64,000 bases of DNA from Gammaproteobacteria bacterium. Its GTDB lineage: Bacteria > Pseudomonadota > Gammaproteobacteria > GCA-002705445 > GCA-002716945. The DNA lies in contig JBJKYD010000012.1 in assembly GCA_045561295.1 (NCBI GenBank), positions 1 to 64,000 on the forward strand. Reading direction: 5' to 3'. This document shows, piece after piece, positions 10,064-17,516 of the stretch. The notes under the pieces are model-generated. The model worked only from the letters and a program-made list of their open reading frames with translations, ran no database searches and was not told where the DNA came from. The translations under genes were made by a program, and so were the position numbers. Positions within the stretch are counted from its first letter, which is position 1; each line of letters starts with the position of its first letter.

Positions 10064-10264
10064 ATGATTAATCATAAATCTAAACTCATTTGTCCACACT
10101 GCAGTCATGAAAAAACTATCACGATGCCCTCGACTTTTTGTCAATATTTTTTAGAGTGTACAAATTGCAAAACAGTTATAAAAGCTAAAGCTGGCGATTG
10201 TTGTGTGTTTTGTTCTTATGGAGATATCAATTGTCCTCCAATTCAAAAAAACTCAGCAGAGTGA
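10064..10264 (+). CDS. GDCCVxC domain small Cys-rich protein (66 aa)
   Basis: CPHC...MP..FCQYFLECTNC...KAGDCCVFCSYGDINCPPIQ; ATG 10064 lies 7 nt after TATAAT. Confidence 0.88.
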   Translation: MINHKSKLICPHCSHEKTITMPSTFCQYFLECTNCKTVIKAKAGDCCVFCSYGDINCPPIQKNSAE

Positions 10265-10398
10265 GTGTGTGGCTACCCACCTCTAAATCTAATTACTAAA
10301 TGTCTTCAACGTTACTTGCTGTCTGTTAATGTAGATATACGAGTCTTTTCTGTAATTTTTACTGTCAGTCAAATTGACTATCATCTGCTCTATCCTTC

Positions 10399-10420
10399 CA
10401 ACCCAACATGCAACCCAACA
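10399..10420 (+). repeat. Tandem CAACCCAACA x2 (12-nt period), right arm-type sites
   Basis: Exact copies at 10399-10408 and 10411-10420. Confidence 0.85.
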
Positions 10421-10570
10421 AATTGTAAGGCAGTCAAAGTAGGTTAATGTTTTCTACTGCTCAATTATCCCACTAAAATCAACAAATAAAATACTTGTTT
10501 ATTGACCTTTAAGCCTAATCGAGCCTACTATATAAATATAGTAATGTCCCTTGGGGACGAGTCAAACTAA

Positions 10571-10792
10571 TTAACTCAAGAAATAATTCATATAACCAAT
10601 CGCAAAAATAGGTAACTGTAGACCAAAGTTTGTCATCACAGCTTTATCTTGCATCAGATATCCAGACATCATCCAACCTAGCGCACCAATCGAATGTATA
10701 AAGATATATAGAGGATATAGATTGAATTGAGCAATAAGTATTCCTGTTAAAACCAGAAATGTACTCCCCCATTTTAGTGTGGTAAGACTCAT
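10571..10792 (-). CDS. Small 3-TM membrane protein (DUF6552-like)
   Basis: KW.ST..VL.GI...N.YP.....GALGW...G....DKA...NF pattern; AGGAG Shine-Dalgarno upstream. Confidence 0.7.
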   Translation of the reverse strand: MSLTTLKWGSTFLVLTGILIAQFNLYPLYIFIHSIGALGWMMSGYLMQDKAVMTNFGLQLPIFAIGYMNYFLS

Positions 10793-10879
10793 AGTTATTC
10801 TCCTAAGTAATTATTTTAAAAAACCATAGATATAATTTAAATAATATGTTTCGATTATATAGTTGAATGAGGAAGATTT

Positions 10880-10993
10880 TTGAACAAAGAGTTACAAACA
10901 AAGATTAAATTTAGAACAATGGTGCGAGTGTATCTAATATCTTTATTTATAATCATGCCAATCGTATTTTTTATTTGGTATATATCTAGGTAG
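10880..10993 (+). CDS. Small single-TM protein (37 aa), not in ORF track
   Basis: TTG start after GAGGA; MNKELQTKIKFRTMVRVYLISLFIIMPIVFFIWYISR*. Confidence 0.45.
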   Translation: MNKELQTKIKFRTMVRVYLISLFIIMPIVFFIWYISR

Positions 10994-10994
10994 T

Positions 10995-11093
10995 CTATAG
11001 TTGTTTTAGAAGTTTCTTCTCTCGTGATTTGCACTTTTTTGTACATTTTTTCTTTTTACATTTTTTCGAACAATATATCTTCAGCTTAGACAT
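10995..11093 (-). CDS. Small Cys/Lys-rich peptide (32 aa), not in ORF track
   Basis: MSKLKIYCSKKCKKKKCTKKCKSREKKLLKQL*; TATAAT 5 nt before ATG; stop 1 nt from the convergent sORF stop. Confidence 0.45.
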   Translation of the reverse strand: MSKLKIYCSKKCKKKKCTKKCKSREKKLLKQL

Positions 11094-11168
11094 TCTTTAT
11101 TATACAAATATTGATGAGAAAAAACACTTACAGTAAAAGTGTGGTAATTAAACAATTAAATTGCTTGA

Positions 11169-12917
11169 TTAAAGATTTGTTAGCCAGATTGTCTGATATG
11201 GGAATAAAGTTAGTTTACTGGTAACGTCATTGAATTTATTTTGTGAAATTAGATCTTCCCATTCATCAAAACCTATCAGGTTAAGATCCAATAAACTAAG
11301 ATCCACATCTTTATCTGTAAGATTAGAAATACAAAAAATACTTTGCTTTTTATCAAGACTTTGTCTCCATACTCCGTATAAATTTTTACCTAAGTGAAGG
11401 GTGAACTGTACCGCATTAGGATGGAATGCGCGCTGTCTTTTTCTAATATTCGAAAGTGTTTTGAGTTTATTAAATATTTTAGTTTGAAGTTTGGTTTCAT
11501 CTAATAACTTAATATCCTCATATTTTATTTTTCCTCTATTTAATGATCTATTTTGTCCAGTCTTTTCAAATAATTCATGGTCATTTTTTGTACCAAACAA
11601 GCTGTGAATATAAAGTGCAGGAACTCCTTCAAGTGACAACATTATTGTATGAATACATATAAATCTTTCAAAACCGAGATTAGACTCTTTATTAAAGGCA
11701 ACAGTCATAGCATCATAAAGTGAAATATTAATTTCATATGGCTCAGGCGTATCTGTATTACTTGAGCGATAAGACACTTTACCTCCATTATTTTCCATCT
11801 GTTCTATAAATATATCAATTTCATCTTTTGATAAAAATGATTCAGCTGGACGAAGTCCAATCCCATCATGCGATGCAATAAAATTTAGATAAGATGTTCC
11901 TAATTGAGATGGGGGCATGCTCATTGTTAACTTTTCTAGATATGAAGAATCACCAGAGAGAATAGAATATACTAAAATAGGAGGAAGAGAAAAATTATAA
12001 ATCCAATGTGCTTCATTCGCATTACCAAAATAGGAGACATTCTCTCTAGCTGGTGTATTTGTCTCAGTAACTAAAATAGCCTTTGGTGATAGATAGGTTA
12101 ATAAGGTTCTAAATAATCTTACAATTTCATGCGTTTTATCAAGATTAATACAACGAGTTCCGATTTTCTTCCAAATAAATGCTACTGCATCAAATCTAAA
12201 AACAGTAATTCCTTTAGATAGATAAAATATTATTATTTCAATAAATTCATAGAGAACCACTGGTTTACTGAAGTTATAATCTACTTGATCTCTACTGAAG
12301 GTGCACCATACAAATTTCTCACCAGCACTCGTGTCAAAAGAATTCAGTAAATCACTGGTCCTTGGTCTTATAACTTTGGATACATCAAATGTTTCGTCAA
12401 AGTTTAAAAAATAGTCATGACCTTTACCCTTCCCTTTTATAAAATTGTTAAACCATTTTCCTTTAGATGAACCATGGTTAATCACAACATCAGCCATCAC
12501 TCCAAAATCTTTGGAAATTTTTAAAATGTCATTCCATTGACCGAATTTATGGTAAATAGTGTAGTAGTCCATTACAGAAAAACCAGTATCAGAACTTGAT
12601 GGAAAAAATGGGAGTATGTGAACTATCTCAAAGAAATCTTTGGCGTGGTCATGTAGAAAATTATTGATTGTGTTAATCGGCAGATTATTCTTATCGTTTA
12701 TTGTGTCTGCATAGGTAATTAATACTATGGTCTTTTCTGACCAAGGCTCACCCTCTTGAGTGATATGCTTTGGTAATTCATGTTGAGAGTCGATAATCTT
12801 CGATAAAATACTATCTGTTAGTTGTGTTAATTCATCTGAATTCAATATACCTTCATAAATACGATAAATATGTTGATTAACTCTTTTCTCTAAATTTTCT
12901 TTTTTATTTTCTGCCAT
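11169..12917 (-). CDS. GH13_18 glucosylglycerate phosphorylase (sucrose phosphorylase family)
   Basis: VHILPFFP, DVVINH, TFSRDQVD, RFDAVAF, TETN, ASHDGIGLRP, YEIN; TETN/YE.N are the glucosylglycerate-specific signatures. Confidence 0.82.
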   Translation of the reverse strand: MAENKKENLEKRVNQHIYRIYEGILNSDELTQLTDSILSKIIDSQHELPKHITQEGEPWSEKTIVLITYADTINDKNNLPINTINNFLHDHAKDFFEIVHILPFFPSSSDTGFSVMDYYTIYHKFGQWNDILKISKDFGVMADVVINHGSSKGKWFNNFIKGKGKGHDYFLNFDETFDVSKVIRPRTSDLLNSFDTSAGEKFVWCTFSRDQVDYNFSKPVVLYEFIEIIIFYLSKGITVFRFDAVAFIWKKIGTRCINLDKTHEIVRLFRTLLTYLSPKAILVTETNTPARENVSYFGNANEAHWIYNFSLPPILVYSILSGDSSYLEKLTMSMPPSQLGTSYLNFIASHDGIGLRPAESFLSKDEIDIFIEQMENNGGKVSYRSSNTDTPEPYEINISLYDAMTVAFNKESNLGFERFICIHTIMLSLEGVPALYIHSLFGTKNDHELFEKTGQNRSLNRGKIKYEDIKLLDETKLQTKIFNKLKTLSNIRKRQRAFHPNAVQFTLHLGKNLYGVWRQSLDKKQSIFCISNLTDKDVDLSLLDLNLIGFDEWEDLISQNKFNDVTSKLTLFPYQTIWLTNL

Positions 12918-12928
12918 GTTTGTAGATT

Positions 12929-14149
12929 TTATATCTTAGAGTCTGAATCAACTATTTCTAAGAATCTTTTTTTAATATCTGGCATGGCAGTTTCGACACG
13001 ATTCCAATTAGTAATTAAAGGATTTTGATTAGGATTATCTAAAAATTCTTGTCCTGCAATAATTATATTGTTTGCAAATAATTCAATAGCAATCTCTTCT
13101 TCATTAATATTTAAATTTAACCCATTTATTTTTGCGTCATTATAATATGTTTCTAATAAATCAAGAGCTGTTCGATAGTATGTAGCTTTAAGAGTTCTTA
13201 GTGTATTGTGCGTAAATGTATCACCTTGTGCCGCAAGTTTTCTTATAAGAGTTTTTGTTATATCGATAGACATTTTAGATAAACCAGCATCTCTGTTTTC
13301 CTCAGAGAGAGGCTGATGTTTGTGATCATAACTATCAGCTATATCTACTTGACATATCCTATTGTATGCCTGATTACGTTGCATTTCTGATAATAATCCA
13401 ATTTCTAAGCCCCAATCACATGGAATTCTTATCTCTTTGAGTAGCCTGCTTCTAAATGAAAACTCTCCGGCTAACGGATATCTAAAAACATCAATAAACT
13501 CAATATAATCTCTATGTCCAAGAACTTTTTTAAAAGTCTTAAGTAATGGTGTAACTAACAGCCTTGTAACCCTTCCTCCTAGTGAGCCATCTCTTACTCT
13601 TGGATAATACCCTTTGCAAAACTCATAGTTAAAATGCGGGTCGGCTACCGGATATACCAATTTTGCTAGTAGTTCACGCGAATAGGTCATGATATCACAA
13701 TCATGAAGGGCAACTACTTTTGCCTCATTACGAGAATACGTATATCCCATGCAGTACCAAACATTTTTACCTTTCCCAGCTTGGTCAGGCGCAATGCCTA
13801 GTGCCATAAAATCTTTATCTAACTTTTTCATTTTTGGGCTGTCATTCCACAATACCGAATGAGATTGGTTTAGATTAGAAAAAAACTCTTTCGCTTTTAT
13901 GTATTCTTTTTTCGTTGCTCTATCAAGGCCTATAGTAATATGATTTAGATATTTTACTTTACTCAAACATTCAACTATATTTTTTAAGGCTGGCCCTTCT
14001 AGTTCTGAATAAAGTGAAGGTAGAATCAATTCAATTGGTGCACTTTTAGAATAATCTCTAAGTTCTCTCTCAATATCATCTAATGAACGAGTAGATAAAT
14101 TGTGTAGAGTACTAATGACTCCGTTTTGATGAAAATCAGACATTTGCAA
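12929..14149 (-). CDS. gpgS: Glucosyl-3-phosphoglycerate synthase
   Basis: DFHQNG..STLH, GKGKNVW, LHDCDI, FCKGYY.R, GRVTRL, YPLAGEF, DWGLEIG, YDHKHQ. Confidence 0.85.
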   Translation of the reverse strand: MQMSDFHQNGVISTLHNLSTRSLDDIERELRDYSKSAPIELILPSLYSELEGPALKNIVECLSKVKYLNHITIGLDRATKKEYIKAKEFFSNLNQSHSVLWNDSPKMKKLDKDFMALGIAPDQAGKGKNVWYCMGYTYSRNEAKVVALHDCDIMTYSRELLAKLVYPVADPHFNYEFCKGYYPRVRDGSLGGRVTRLLVTPLLKTFKKVLGHRDYIEFIDVFRYPLAGEFSFRSRLLKEIRIPCDWGLEIGLLSEMQRNQAYNRICQVDIADSYDHKHQPLSEENRDAGLSKMSIDITKTLIRKLAAQGDTFTHNTLRTLKATYYRTALDLLETYYNDAKINGLNLNINEEEIAIELFANNIIIAGQEFLDNPNQNPLITNWNRVETAMPDIKKRFLEIVDSDSKI

Positions 14150-14993
14150 TCTCCGAGGATTTAATTTTTGTTACTACTTTTTCAATACATTCAATCCATC
14201 CAGTTGGTGCTTGATGATCACTGAATGTGATATTTTTACTATCTAGACTATCCTTTAATGAATGATTATTAGGAGATTTCACAATACATGGAAAATCTAC
14301 TACATTTAACATCTCAAAATCATTTTTACTATCCCCTATTGCTACCGTAACAATATTAGATTTTTTGGAAAATTTTTTGGTTTTATCAATAAATAATTTG
14401 GTAGCCTTACCTTTATCATGTTCAGAGCAAATATGGGAAAATCTCCCTCCGGTAATAAGATTCAACTTAAATTTTTTAAGAAATAATTTAAATTCATTAT
14501 ATTTGGATTTTGTTGACTTCCATTTAATTAATATTGAAAAATCTCTTCTTGAAGCAAGCGCTAAATCATGACCTGATAGTCCAGATAATGAAGATTGTTC
14601 CTCAACGCTAAGATCATCAAAAAAGGTTAAGTCATCTCTAAAATTTTTATATATTTCAGATTGAATTTGATCCTTGTATTCGGTTATCTTTCTAGATTCA
14701 TATAAAATTTGATATGCTGCTCTAGATGACTCAGTTGTTTTAAGATTATCATTTGCTATATATATACCCCCGCCAGTCTCACATATGAATGAGAGTGATG
14801 TTTTAATTTTTTTTTGAAAGTAGTCAACCTCTTCAAATGTCTTACTTGTATTAAATACAACTGAGTGTTGGGCTTTGGCTAGTTCAGAAATGGTTTTAGT
14901 GTTTAATCCCTCGTCAAATGTATCATTGTTAATGAATGTTCCATCTATATCGGTAAATATTAATAAGGTCATATTTTTGATCAAAAAATTCAT
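14136..14993 (-). CDS. gpgP: HAD-IIB glucosyl/mannosyl-3-phosphoglycerate phosphatase (alternative start 14972)
   Basis: FTDIDGT, TSKT..E, GGRF.H, DKG.A, GDSKND..ML, APTGW. Confidence 0.82.
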   Translation of the reverse strand: MNFLIKNMTLLIFTDIDGTFINNDTFDEGLNTKTISELAKAQHSVVFNTSKTFEEVDYFQKKIKTSLSFICETGGGIYIANDNLKTTESSRAAYQILYESRKITEYKDQIQSEIYKNFRDDLTFFDDLSVEEQSSLSGLSGHDLALASRRDFSILIKWKSTKSKYNEFKLFLKKFKLNLITGGRFSHICSEHDKGKATKLFIDKTKKFSKKSNIVTVAIGDSKNDFEMLNVVDFPCIVKSPNNHSLKDSLDSKNITFSDHQAPTGWIECIEKVVTKIKSSEIANV

Positions 14994-15019
14994 CTATCTG
15001 TAATTATTTATAGTAAATC

Positions 15020-15037
15020 ATGCAATTAACATGCCGA
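15020..15037 (-). promoter_or_regulatory. Sigma-54 promoter for gpgP-gpgS-phosphorylase
   Basis: TCGGCATGTTAATTGCAT; GG-N10-GC. Confidence 0.65.
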
Positions 15038-15046
15038 ATGTATATT

Positions 15047-15064
15047 TTGGCATGATTTGTGCAT
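15047..15064 (+). promoter_or_regulatory. Sigma-54 promoter for the cupin-like gene
   Basis: TTGGCATGATTTGTGCAT; GG-N10-GC; ATG 12 nt after GC. Confidence 0.65.
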
Positions 15065-15074
15065 TTTAAAAGTC

Positions 15075-15542
15075 ATGAGTGCCATTAAACTTAATAAACA
15101 TAAAATATTTAGAAAAACAGATAATGTACTTTTTTATGACATCTCGATTAAAGAGTCAAATGCATCAGACTTAGTTATTCATGAATCAGCAGCAATATCA
15201 CCACCTAATGATGATTTGGGTAACAAGCAGTTTTATATACACTCTCATCAGATTGATAATAATCGTGTTATTAGTGGTTCTAGAACTTTTGAATTGATTA
15301 ATTTTGGTTGGGATCGCCCTTATCAAATAGTAAAACTTAACCGTGATAGTGGAGCATTGAAAATTCCATTGAATACATATCACCGTTCTGTATCTGGTGA
15401 AAAGGGTTCAATAGTTATCAATCAAGCTCAAAGAGATGACTTGTTTGACACAAATAAAGAATTCAGGCCTGTATCAGTTGTAAAAAATGAGAAATTAAAT
15501 AACATCCTTAAAACTATTAAACCTATTATCTATAAAATTTAG
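15075..15542 (+). CDS. Conserved cupin-like hypothetical protein of the type seen in picocyanobacteria and cyanophages
   Basis: KH.IFR.T..V.FYDISI.ESNASDLVIH...AISPPND...KQFYIH.HQ.D.NRV.SG.RTFEL...HRS.SG..GSIVINQA.R. Confidence 0.7.
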   Translation: MSAIKLNKHKIFRKTDNVLFYDISIKESNASDLVIHESAAISPPNDDLGNKQFYIHSHQIDNNRVISGSRTFELINFGWDRPYQIVKLNRDSGALKIPLNTYHRSVSGEKGSIVINQAQRDDLFDTNKEFRPVSVVKNEKLNNILKTIKPIIYKI

Positions 15543-15964
15543 CTACCTAAATCTTTTTTATTATATATCTCAAGATCTCTTAAATGAAGATTTAAGGCAT
15601 AGTGTGATTGCTGTGACTCTATAATGAATAATATGATTGCTATCGATAAAAGAAAAACTGCAATTCCAAATAAATTTAAAGCAATGTTCATAAAATCTAT
15701 ATAACCAAAAAAAATTGTTAGGAGATTTATTAGGAAAGATAATCCTGAAAGTGTTTGCATCCATCTTAAAAGGAGTAATCGAGATGATAATATTTGTATT
15801 CTCTCTGCTGATAAGTAATTACCTGAATTATCATATGAAAGAATGTGTAACTTTCTTATTAGCATTGCAAGTGCAGTATACTTATTTGTAAAGACTAACA
15901 ACATAATTGGTATTGCTGGAAATAATAAAGCTGGGTACCATATAAAAAATTTGATATCATTCAT
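15539..15964 (-). CDS. DUF2721-like membrane protein
   Basis: PALLFPAIP..LL.FTN....LA.LIR.L...QI..L..RL.L.R.MQ...IE...S..AL. Confidence 0.75.
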   Translation of the reverse strand: MNDIKFFIWYPALLFPAIPIMLLVFTNKYTALAMLIRKLHILSYDNSGNYLSAERIQILSSRLLLLRWMQTLSGLSFLINLLTIFFGYIDFMNIALNLFGIAVFLLSIAIILFIIESQQSHYALNLHLRDLEIYNKKDLGS

Positions 15965-15974
15965 ATGATTAGAT

Positions 15975-15992
15975 ATGCATTATTCATGCCAA
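15975..15992 (-). promoter_or_regulatory. Sigma-54 promoter for the DUF2721 gene
   Basis: TTGGCATGAATAATGCAT; GG-N10-GC; ATG 12 nt after GC. Confidence 0.65.
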
Positions 15993-16005
15993 AAGTAAAT
16001 ATGTT

Positions 16006-16149
16006 ATGCAAGACATTAATACGAATCGCCCGCAAATTAAAAAGAAAAAAAAGAAACCAATAGATACCGGTAAGCAGAGCTATGATGAATACGGAGATAA
16101 AAAAAATCAGAAAATAGACTATGAGAGAGACAAGCCTCCTCATTGGTAA
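16006..16149 (+). CDS. Small hydrophilic protein ending in PPHW (47 aa), not in ORF track
   Basis: MQDINTNRPQIKKKKKKPIDTGKQSYDEYGDKKNQKIDYERDKPPHW*; stop 5 nt from the convergent gltX stop. Confidence 0.55.
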   Translation: MQDINTNRPQIKKKKKKPIDTGKQSYDEYGDKKNQKIDYERDKPPHW

Positions 16150-16154
16150 TCGAT

Positions 16155-17516
16155 TTACTTATAAATTTCTAGGAATCTTGATATTCTCTCAATTATTCTT
16201 TTTTTCCCTAACACAAAACATAAGTCATCAATGGATGGAGCATTAAGTCTTCCAGTAGTTGAGAACCGTATCAATGGACCTACATCTTTAAATTTTAGAG
16301 ATAAATCTTTGCATGTTGCTTTAACACATGCACTTATCGATGGCTTATCAGTAAAATCAATAATAAATAATTTAGATATTGTATCTCTGAGAATTTTTAT
16401 TGTTTGTTCTTTTTCAAATTTAGTGATGATATCCAGGTCATATTCAATCTCATTTTCATAAAAATATGTAATGCTATTTGCAATATTTTTCAAAGAATAT
16501 TCTCTTTCTATACCCAAAAGCAGAATATCATGTAAATATTTATCATTTTTTGGTGTGTTTGGTAACTCTTTAGCAATTAAAAAAGGAAGGATCTGCTCAG
16601 CAATATTCTCAATAGAATCATTTTTAATATAATGCTGATTTAACCAATTCATTTTTTCAATATCAAATGCAGCAGCTGACTTTGTTATTCTATCTAAATC
16701 AAATAGCTCAATTAATTGATCTATACTAAATATTTCTTGATCTCCATGAGACCATCCAGTTTTAGCAAGATAATTTAATATTGCATCCACTCTGTACCCT
16801 TCATTTAAGAAATGATTGATATCAACTGCGCCATGTCTTTTTGATAGTCTTTTGCCATCTACACCATGAATCATTGGAAGGTGTGAAAAAGAGGGAACTT
16901 TAGCTTTAAAAGATTCAAATAAATTCACCTGAACAGGAAGATTGCTAAGATGATCATCTCCTCTTATAAGATGTGTTATACCCAGGTCTATATCATCTAC
17001 CACTGATGTGAGGTTATATGTTGGGACGCCACTTGATCTTAGTATTACGACATCAAAAAAGACTTTAGGGTCAAATATTATATCGCCATGCACAGAATCA
17101 TTAATAGTTATGCTATTTTCTTTTTGATTTCTAAATCGAATTACATGTCCTTTTTTATTTAGTCTATTTTCAAATTGCACTGAAAGATCTGTCTCTTTAG
17201 TTTTTTCATTTATTTCAACTTTATCGTAATAGGCCATATCATCATTTAAAAGTTGTTCTATTTTATCTACATAATGATTGAATCTATTTGACTGATAAGT
17301 TATTTCATCATCATAGTTAAGGCCAAGTTGATTTAGAGCAAATATTATGGAATTTTTATACTCTTCTGTACTTCTAGTGGTGTCTGTATCATCTATCCTT
17401 AAATAAAACTTTCCATTATTCTTTCTTGCATAAAGCCAGGAATAAAGTGCGGTTCTGACACCACCTATATGAAGCCATCCTGTAGGGCTAGGTGCGAATC
17501 TTGTTTTAATCATCAT
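16155..17516 (-). CDS. gltX: Glutamate--tRNA ligase
   Basis: RFAPSPTG.LHIGG, RIDDTD, THLIRGDDH, KRLSKR. Confidence 0.95.
   Translation of the reverse strand: MMIKTRFAPSPTGWLHIGGVRTALYSWLYARKNNGKFYLRIDDTDTTRSTEEYKNSIIFALNQLGLNYDDEITYQSNRFNHYVDKIEQLLNDDMAYYDKVEINEKTKETDLSVQFENRLNKKGHVIRFRNQKENSITINDSVHGDIIFDPKVFFDVVILRSSGVPTYNLTSVVDDIDLGITHLIRGDDHLSNLPVQVNLFESFKAKVPSFSHLPMIHGVDGKRLSKRHGAVDINHFLNEGYRVDAILNYLAKTGWSHGDQEIFSIDQLIELFDLDRITKSAAAFDIEKMNWLNQHYIKNDSIENIAEQILPFLIAKELPNTPKNDKYLHDILLLGIEREYSLKNIANSITYFYENEIEYDLDIITKFEKEQTIKILRDTISKLFIIDFTDKPSISACVKATCKDLSLKFKDVGPLIRFSTTGRLNAPSIDDLCFVLGKKRIIERISRFLEIYK

Larger units (their letters stand above)
9891..10560. mobile_element. Miniature integrase-less element in the tRNA-Glu 3' end (attL/attR-like ends)
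   Basis: 13-bp direct repeat CCCTTGGGGACGA at 9891-9903 and 10548-10560; internal paired CAACCCAACA repeats near both ends. Confidence 0.75.

Noticed and set aside
9958-10420. CAACCCAACA repeats as a CRISPR array or iterons
   Set aside because: Only 10 bp long, 2-nt spacers, no cas or rep gene; positions fit att arm sites.
10262-10447. Possible selenocysteine read-through of the GDCCVxC TGA into the in-frame 60-codon ORF 10265..10447
   Set aside because: The core motif is all Cys, the family domain is complete before the TGA, only a 4-bp hairpin follows, and the extension runs through the arm repeats.
10855-11046. 63-aa minus-strand ORF from the track
   Set aside because: No recognisable features; overlaps two better-supported small ORFs.
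11169-12917. Annotation as sucrose phosphorylase or alpha-amylase
   Set aside because: TETN/YEIN signatures and gpgS/gpgP context favour glucosylglycerate phosphorylase.
15961-16143. 60-aa hydrophobic minus-strand ORF
   Set aside because: Antisense shadow of the Lys-rich plus-strand ORF and covers the sigma-54 motif of DUF2721.
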